DNA of 59,344 bases, counting the filler, from Streblomastix strix (taxonomy: Eukaryota), in assembly GCA_008636045.1 (NCBI GenBank). It is 3 parts of 3 records of this genome, joined end to end, with 100 filler letters (N's around TTAATTAATTAA, not from the genome) between each part and the next. Parts side by side here need not be neighbours in the genome. Positions count along the whole stretch, not along the records: positions 39,639 to 59,344 come from SNRW01000493.1; 2 more parts are not named here. One strand, given 5' to 3'. The position numbers and the translations under genes were made by a program. Below are positions 53,505 to 59,344 of the stretch, in pieces. Below the pieces are notes generated by a model. It was not told the DNA's origin, searched no databases, and saw nothing but the letters and a program-made list of their open reading frames with translations. The stretch's first letter is position 1, and each line of letters opens with the position of its first letter.

Positions 53505-55393
53505 ATGTTTTTATAATAAATAAATAGATTCAATCTAATTTACCAATAAATATAATCCATTTTGTAGGGACATTCTGAATATCATTTCAAGCATTTTGTT
53601 AAAAATTACTTTGTTAAAATGAAATTATTTTTCTGGATTAAAAGTATAATAAAAGTAAATTGTAATGAATTTATGATTAACACTGCGTTTTTGAGCTAAC
53701 TTATATTACGAGCGACAAAGAGTGATCCAGAGAAAGAATTGCGATTTATATTATGATAATACAATTAGCGTTTTACGATGGAATAGTTAAAAGAAATTGT
53801 ATAAATAGCATCTGATAATAGTCAATCTGTAGTAATGAAATTGATATTTTATTTAAATAAACGATCTAGAATAATTCAACCTTGTTGGCATTCCGAATGA
53901 AGTTTAATTTTAATGAAATATCTAACATCGGTTTACAATTTATCAGTTCAGATTCGGATAAGGATTTTGTAACATGGTAACCAACTATCTTTAGTGGATA
54001 ATAATGCCATCAAATTATTAATATCAACAACATTCCAATTTATTTAACGAAATGTTTGAATGATAATTAAATAGAAATATAGTATAAATTAATATCTATT
54101 GAATTAAGAAAAATCTATTTATAATAATAAATTGACGAGGATCGGTATTATTGTTAAATTACTAGGAAGATTACTACCAATTCATATTAATTTGAATACA
54201 ACTATAAATAATGCTTATACAAATGATCAAAAAATATATGGATAAAATTTTTTAACTTAGATTACTTTACTTAGCATTTTTAACATTATGTATAGCTTTA
54301 CTAATTCAGTTGAAAAATATTTTAGTCCTTAATCAACTTTGAACAGTGGAGCAATATGCTTTAATAATGCAACGAATGAACATGTATAAAAACTGTAGGA
54401 TAATTTGATCGCATTAAATTAGAATTATGGTCAAGATTTAGTAAATTCAGCTATCTATCACATTAATTTTAGAATCGATGCATTTCTTAATCATAGCTGG
54501 ATTTCAGACGCAATAGTAAATTAGTTATATCGATTGATTGGACTAATAGGATAATATTGTACAACTTCAAATAAATGTACTACGTCAATTGAACCAAAGA
54601 ATTTTACATAAGGTAATGGATTATCAAAAAGATATTTATTTTATAAGTAAGTTGATATAAATACTAATGGAACATTTACTACATCAGATGTTTAAATTTA
54701 TAATGTACAACGAGAAACAAAATATAATTAATCATTAATAATACTAACACATTTCCAGTTAGAACTATTAATTCCTTACCTGCATTTTTAATAGGCGAAT
54801 GGTAATATATTTATACTGGTGTTGGAAAAATAAATTATTATGATTAATTAATACCATATGCTGTAACGAATTAAGTTTTACAAAATAATATTTATTGGTT
54901 CTCTAATTGTGTATTTTTATCTCCAAATCTATACGTATAACTAGTTGGTGGATAAGATCTATATGATGGATAGAATGAAAATGGAGCCAATTAATTAGTT
55001 AATTTATCATCAGCTATTAAACAAATTTATCTCGAAGTATGATTTTATTAAACTAAATATGAAAGTTAAAGTTTAGAATTTGATCTTCCAATATTCTGTT
55101 CATACATTGGGAATTTTCTAGAGTATCCAAAAATGCTGATTATTTATGTATCTAATTAATTATAAGGAATAACTCTTTAATCAACAGGTGGTAATGGTTT
55201 CTCTAATGAACGCTTTAAGCAAAATTTGATTGATGCGCCAGTATTATGGAGATTGAATATGATGAGTCAGTAATGCCATATAGAATAGAACAAATCGTTA
55301 GTTTTTACATTATATGATAACTTTGGAAAAAAGATACCAATGCAATATATGGATAAGTTTAATAATTTATTGTTAGAGATATAATTTTAATGA
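53505..55393 (+). pseudogene. Capsid-like (minor capsid/penton-like C-terminus) gene, degenerate
   Basis: About 630 codons, intron-less, with internal TGAs and frameshifts. It ends SLVFTLYDNFGKKIPMQYMDKFNNLLLEIQFQ-TGA, resembling the single-jelly-roll penton C-terminal strand pair (I.L.D..G..I.......LE.). Confidence 0.45.
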
Positions 55394-55427
55394 GACGTCT
55401 AAATAAATTATTTTTATTTTAATCAAA

Positions 55428-55981
55428 ATGTCTTATCTAAAGAAAGCGGAGCTAATTAAACTACTCAAAATCAACAATAAAAATGTCAATGAATCATTAA
55501 ATGAAAATTAACTTAAAGATTAACTCAATAAATATTTAGGCAAAATTAATTATAAGAAGAGAGGAAGGAATAACTATAATAATTTGAAGTCACATCTAAA
55601 ATAGATACATTAATACAATCAGTAAATTCTTAAGGCAAGAGATATGACTAATCATTTCAAATAGAATCAATATGATTAAGATTTATAAGAATATAGAAGG
55701 GATTAATTGTAACAATAAGCAGAAATTTACTATGATGATTTATTAGAATAGAATCGATAATTACATTAAGATTTAACTCATTATCACTCAAATTAATATG
55801 ATTAAGATATATTTGAATATCGTAGGGAATAAGAATAACAATAAGCTGATGAATTCTGGACTAATTATATCATTGAGGAATATGAATAAGCTAGAAGAAT
55901 ATTGGAAGAAGAATATGATGCAAACCTTCAATATTAAATAATTACCAAACAAAATAAAGAGATCAATGATAGAAATAATCC
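55428..55981 (+). pseudogene. Truncated viral-remnant ORF cut by the fold-back element
   Basis: MSYLKKAELIKLLK... with an internal repeat, NQYDQDLQEYRRDQLQQQAE / NQYDQDIFEYRREQEQQQAD. Coding-like sequence stops at INDRNNP, where the fold-back begins. Confidence 0.55.
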
Positions 55982-56380
55982 TAAATTTTATTCCATAAAA
56001 ATATTCAAACTAATTAAATTAATAATTTTCATAAATGTAAATATTATAATTTTGTATTAACAAATAATTCGGCGAAAAATATAATTTTCCATTTGCTACT
56101 CCAACTGTATACATAATTCCGAATTGTTTGATAAATTTTTCAATAAAATATTTTTTATTTAAATTATCTTAATCTAATTATACTTTAAGCGGAAAACGCT
56201 GGAGTAAAACGAGAAAAATCGAATTTTTCATTTTTCTCCCAAATTACCTGTGCTGTTATATTAAATTTATTATATTTAATAATTTTTAAATTTTTAATAT
56301 AATATTTTAATAAAAATATCACATAATACTCAATCATTAAGATAAAATTGTTTTTTTTATTTTTTTTCTGAAAATTAAGG

Positions 56381-56424
<44 letters not shown>

Positions 56425-56762
56425 CAATCATACCGTATGATTTAAAAGAAATTTTTTATTGATTGACAAAATATTAATTAAAACATAATAATGAACGGAT
56501 AAGAAAAATAAGAAATTCGATTTTTCTCGTTTTACTTCAGCATTTTCCGCTAAAATTATATTAATATTAAAAAAAATTTAAATAAAATTTTTTTTAAAGA
56601 AAAATAAATCAAACAATTCGGAATTATGTATTCAATTGTGGTCGTAAATGGATAATTGTATATTTTGACGAATTTTTAGTATGTGTAAAATAATATTATT
56701 TTTATTTATGAAAATTATTAATTTAATTAATTTAAATAATTTTATCCAATAAAATTGTGGAT
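55978..56762. mobile_element. Fold-back element: ~260-bp imperfect inverted arms around a (TA)n core
   Basis: ATACATAATTCCGAATTGTTTGAT and AGTAAAACGAGAAAAATCGAATTT occur in the left arm and as exact reverse complements in the right arm. (TA)n at ~56385-56422. Confidence 0.85.
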
Positions 56763-56899
56763 GTCGCTTGTGAGCGGAACCATCCATATGATGAATAGAT
56801 TGAAAACGGTATAAATTAATATGTAAATTTTTTATCAGCTATTATTTTAATTGATTTAAAAGAATGGTTTTATTAAACAATACATGATAATTAAAATTA

Positions 56900-58646
56900 T
56901 TTTTAGTATGTTACCATTCCATCAGATGTATAACTCAAACTATATTATAACAATCCAAAACGGCTTTTTCAACTATAAGTGAATTCTACTGACACATCAT
57001 CTGCATTAGTACATACATTGGAAGTACGCAATATAATGATTTTTTAATTCCAGCAATTTTTAATTCTCATTTTGCTAATATTAATGATGTTGGCGATCCA
57101 TCCGCAAATAGAATCTATAAATATTTTCCTTTATAAATTTTTTGAATAATTATGCAATAATAAATTCTTCAAATATCGTTATATCAGTAACAGTTTTTTT
57201 GATGATAAATCCATTAATTTATTAGTATTTGAAGTTATTTTTGAACTATCATTATAAATATTTAGTCGAAAACTAAGATCCTTTGTCAGTTAGTACTATC
57301 CTTATTTTACCAATCGACTCTAATTTAATGGTTGCAGAATAAATATTTGCTGTACCTGTTCCAGTATAGGTATGAAATAGTTAAGTTGCACTATTTTGAA
57401 TCTAATAACTAGAACTAAGTTTTATTAGATGGGTGAATTCTCCATTAATAGTAGTGATATCATTAAAGGAGTAATTTGATTACAATCAAATGATTTAAAT
57501 TACAATGATGGATGAATAAACTTTAATTTCTATGAACAGACTATCAACTCTACTACTAGCTGGAAATACACTTAATCTAACCAATTTACTACCTGAATAT
57601 GTTCTTGATAACTTATTATCTAAATTAGTTGTATCACCATTTACGAATATTATTTTAGTTGTTAATCCTCCAGTTTTAATGAACTTAGTAGCACAAATAT
57701 TATCATCATAAGAAAATTATTTTAAATAAGCATGGTCACGTCTAGTGAAAAAGGCTGATGTTCCATTTGCACCAACACCATTAACGATTGGGATATTTGA
57801 AGCATTAGTTTCAACGTTAACTGGATGTGAATGATCGTTTCTAGCACAAGCAGCAGCAGTTCGATAATCCATCAGCTATATCGGATTGCAGAGATGCATT
57901 AAAGGTTTGAATTGGATATTTATTATCAGATCTTGTATAAGTACTAGCAAAATCAATATTTTTTACTGAAGTATCTTTCTGTGGTAAAGTAGTCGCTACA
58001 ATAATGGGATATATATCATCATCACGTGAAGATTAAGCGCATTTTACTGCAGTTGATGTACCATCAGATAATAGAGTAACATCACTTGTAGAAGTTACTT
58101 AATCAGGAACTCTATCTCCACTATTATACCAATTAACTTCGTACATACGTATTGTTCCACTATCTGCGGTAAAAAAATAACTCCAATATCAGAATTAAGT
58201 AAATTTGTTATATCACCGTTAAATAAATAATATTATCGGAAATGAGTTTATCGTAACAATTCGTCATTCTTGTCATCATCATCATTTTTAACATCAGTGA
58301 TATCTTACTCATTTGCTCTATTTGATTTTTATATTTAATTCAATTAATTAATCAACTAATTAATTTATGCATCAAAATCTAAATTTACAACTTTCAAATT
58401 CATTACTGTTAGCAATCCATTATGTTCTATTTATGATGCATATTCTGATGCAATTTCATCAACGATTTAAATATTATCTACATAAATCAAAAAGTTGTTA
58501 TTATCTATGAATAATTGTTAGTCTTTATTTGGCTTTAATCCTTAACTTGAACCACCTAGTTTCTAACACAAAATATATAATGCAATTTCATTGGTGAAAA
58601 GTTAACTAACGGTTCGAATATTTTGTTTCGATAATAAGTTGTTCAT
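56900..58646 (-). pseudogene. Bacteriophage tail-fibre-like protein, degenerate
   Basis: ATG at 58646, a coiled-coil segment, then FTADSGTIRMYEVNWYNSGDRVPDQVT and four ~32-aa repeats ending SRDDDIYP / TRSDNKYP / ARNDHSHP / TRRDHAIQ. These are followed by ATKFIKTGG..IIFVNGD and a later QILFADGS. Frameshifts present; 3' end approximate. Confidence 0.65.
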
Positions 58647-58704
58647 TTCAATAAAAATAAATTGATCGAGTTTCATCACCAACTTTGTTGGCGGGCATAA
58701 ATGC

Positions 58705-58914
58705 TCAACAATATTTATTTTCAAGATGATCAATTGAACCTACGAGGTTAGCTCCTGCACCTAATTCATCTTTAATTGCTGAATGATTAATTAATATTGG
58801 TCTTGATATTTTTGTTAAAACTTTACATAATGCTGATGTGAAACATTATGCTGCTTTTTTAACACCATCTAATACTTTCGACCCAAAATTTGCTATTCAA
58901 GAAAAGAAACCCAT
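58705..58914 (-). pseudogene. Small amphipathic-helix protein, adenovirus pVI-like membrane-penetration candidate
   Basis: 70 codons: MGFFS*IANFGSKVLDGVKKAAQCFTSALCKVLTKISRPILINHSAIKDELGAGANLVGSIDHLENKYC-TGA. The codon-6 TGA is one substitution from GGA. Confidence 0.5.
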
Positions 58915-58919
58915 TTGAT

Positions 58920-59344
58920 TTATTATAAAACTTTTACCATAAACATCCATTCCGTTTCATTAATTTTTGTTTCAATGAAATGTTATTCAATTCTAATGAT
59001 TATCTTGAACACTTAACATAAACACAACATTCGGATTACTTCAGTGAATATACGTGTCTTGGAAGAGTTCATAAAGCATTATCTATCCATCTTCAATCAT
59101 TTGAAATATCAAAGCAAAATTGCTTCGATTTTCCTATTATAAAACTAACATCGTGTGGAGTCATATATACTAGAGCACCATTAGGAGCAAGAGGTAAATC
59201 AGCATGTTCAATGGTATAAACTTGTTAAGTAAATTGGACAATTACAATACCTAAAAATACATTAGCGATATAATTAAATAAAACATATAATGACTGGAAT
59301 ACTGCAGGTAAATTAATCGCACGAACTAATTTCAATGGTAAAGA
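58920..59344 (-). pseudogene. 5'-partial degenerate ORF of the viral remnant
   Basis: QVYTIEHADLPLAPNGALVYMTPHDVSFIIGK...LPRHVYSLKQ...LELNNISLK in one frame with two internal TGAs; intron-less. Confidence 0.45.

Larger units (their letters stand above)
50340..59344. mobile_element. Decayed endogenous Polinton/Maverick-like virus remnant (runs off the window end)
   Basis: Abrupt switch to closely packed, intron-less, disrupted ORFs on both strands, including an rve integrase, a penton-like gene, a pVI-like peptide and a tail-fibre-like gene. No pPolB core, ATPase, clear MCP or terminal repeats were identified. Confidence 0.7.

Noticed and set aside
50340..59344. Bacterial prophage or contaminant explanation for the tail-fibre region
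   Set aside because: The ORFs require TAR=Gln, are contiguous with intron-containing host genes, and include an rve integrase rather than terminase/portal genes.

Overview
AT-rich, intron-containing eukaryotic DNA read with a non-standard code: TAA/TAG = Gln and TGA is the only stop. The supplied standard-code ORF track is therefore mostly fragments or antisense noise. The window is three unrelated contigs of about 19.7 kb (1-19723, 19824-39538, 39639-59344) joined by artificial 100-nt N/TTAATTAATTAA/N linkers. The code, intron style and gene families suggest an oxymonad metamonad such as Streblomastix; this is an inference, and a ciliate-type host is not formally excluded. Contig 1 holds a coiled-coil/SPRY-like protein, a glycerol kinase with two large insertions, a 67-bp satellite, a kinase-Gln-rich-ARM protein and a terminal inverted repeat. 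Contig 2 holds a hAT-like MITE, a tandem (8-TM) tetraspanin-like protein, two damaged nitroreductase copies, an SH3-NEK kinase, a GC-rich hairpin, an F-box/RCC1-like protein and an ARM pseudogene. Contig 3 holds two paralogous genes (the complete one with a ubiquitin-like N-terminus), Utp11 and a beta-helix surface protein. From about 50340 to the window end it carries a decayed, intron-less, gene-dense endogenous Polinton-like virus remnant. That remnant has an rve integrase, a penton-like capsid gene, an adenovirus-pVI-like amphipathic peptide and a bacteriophage-type tail-fibre gene, all written in the host TAR=Gln code and interrupted by two fold-back elements. All protein calls come from manual translation and motif recognition; no searches were run.
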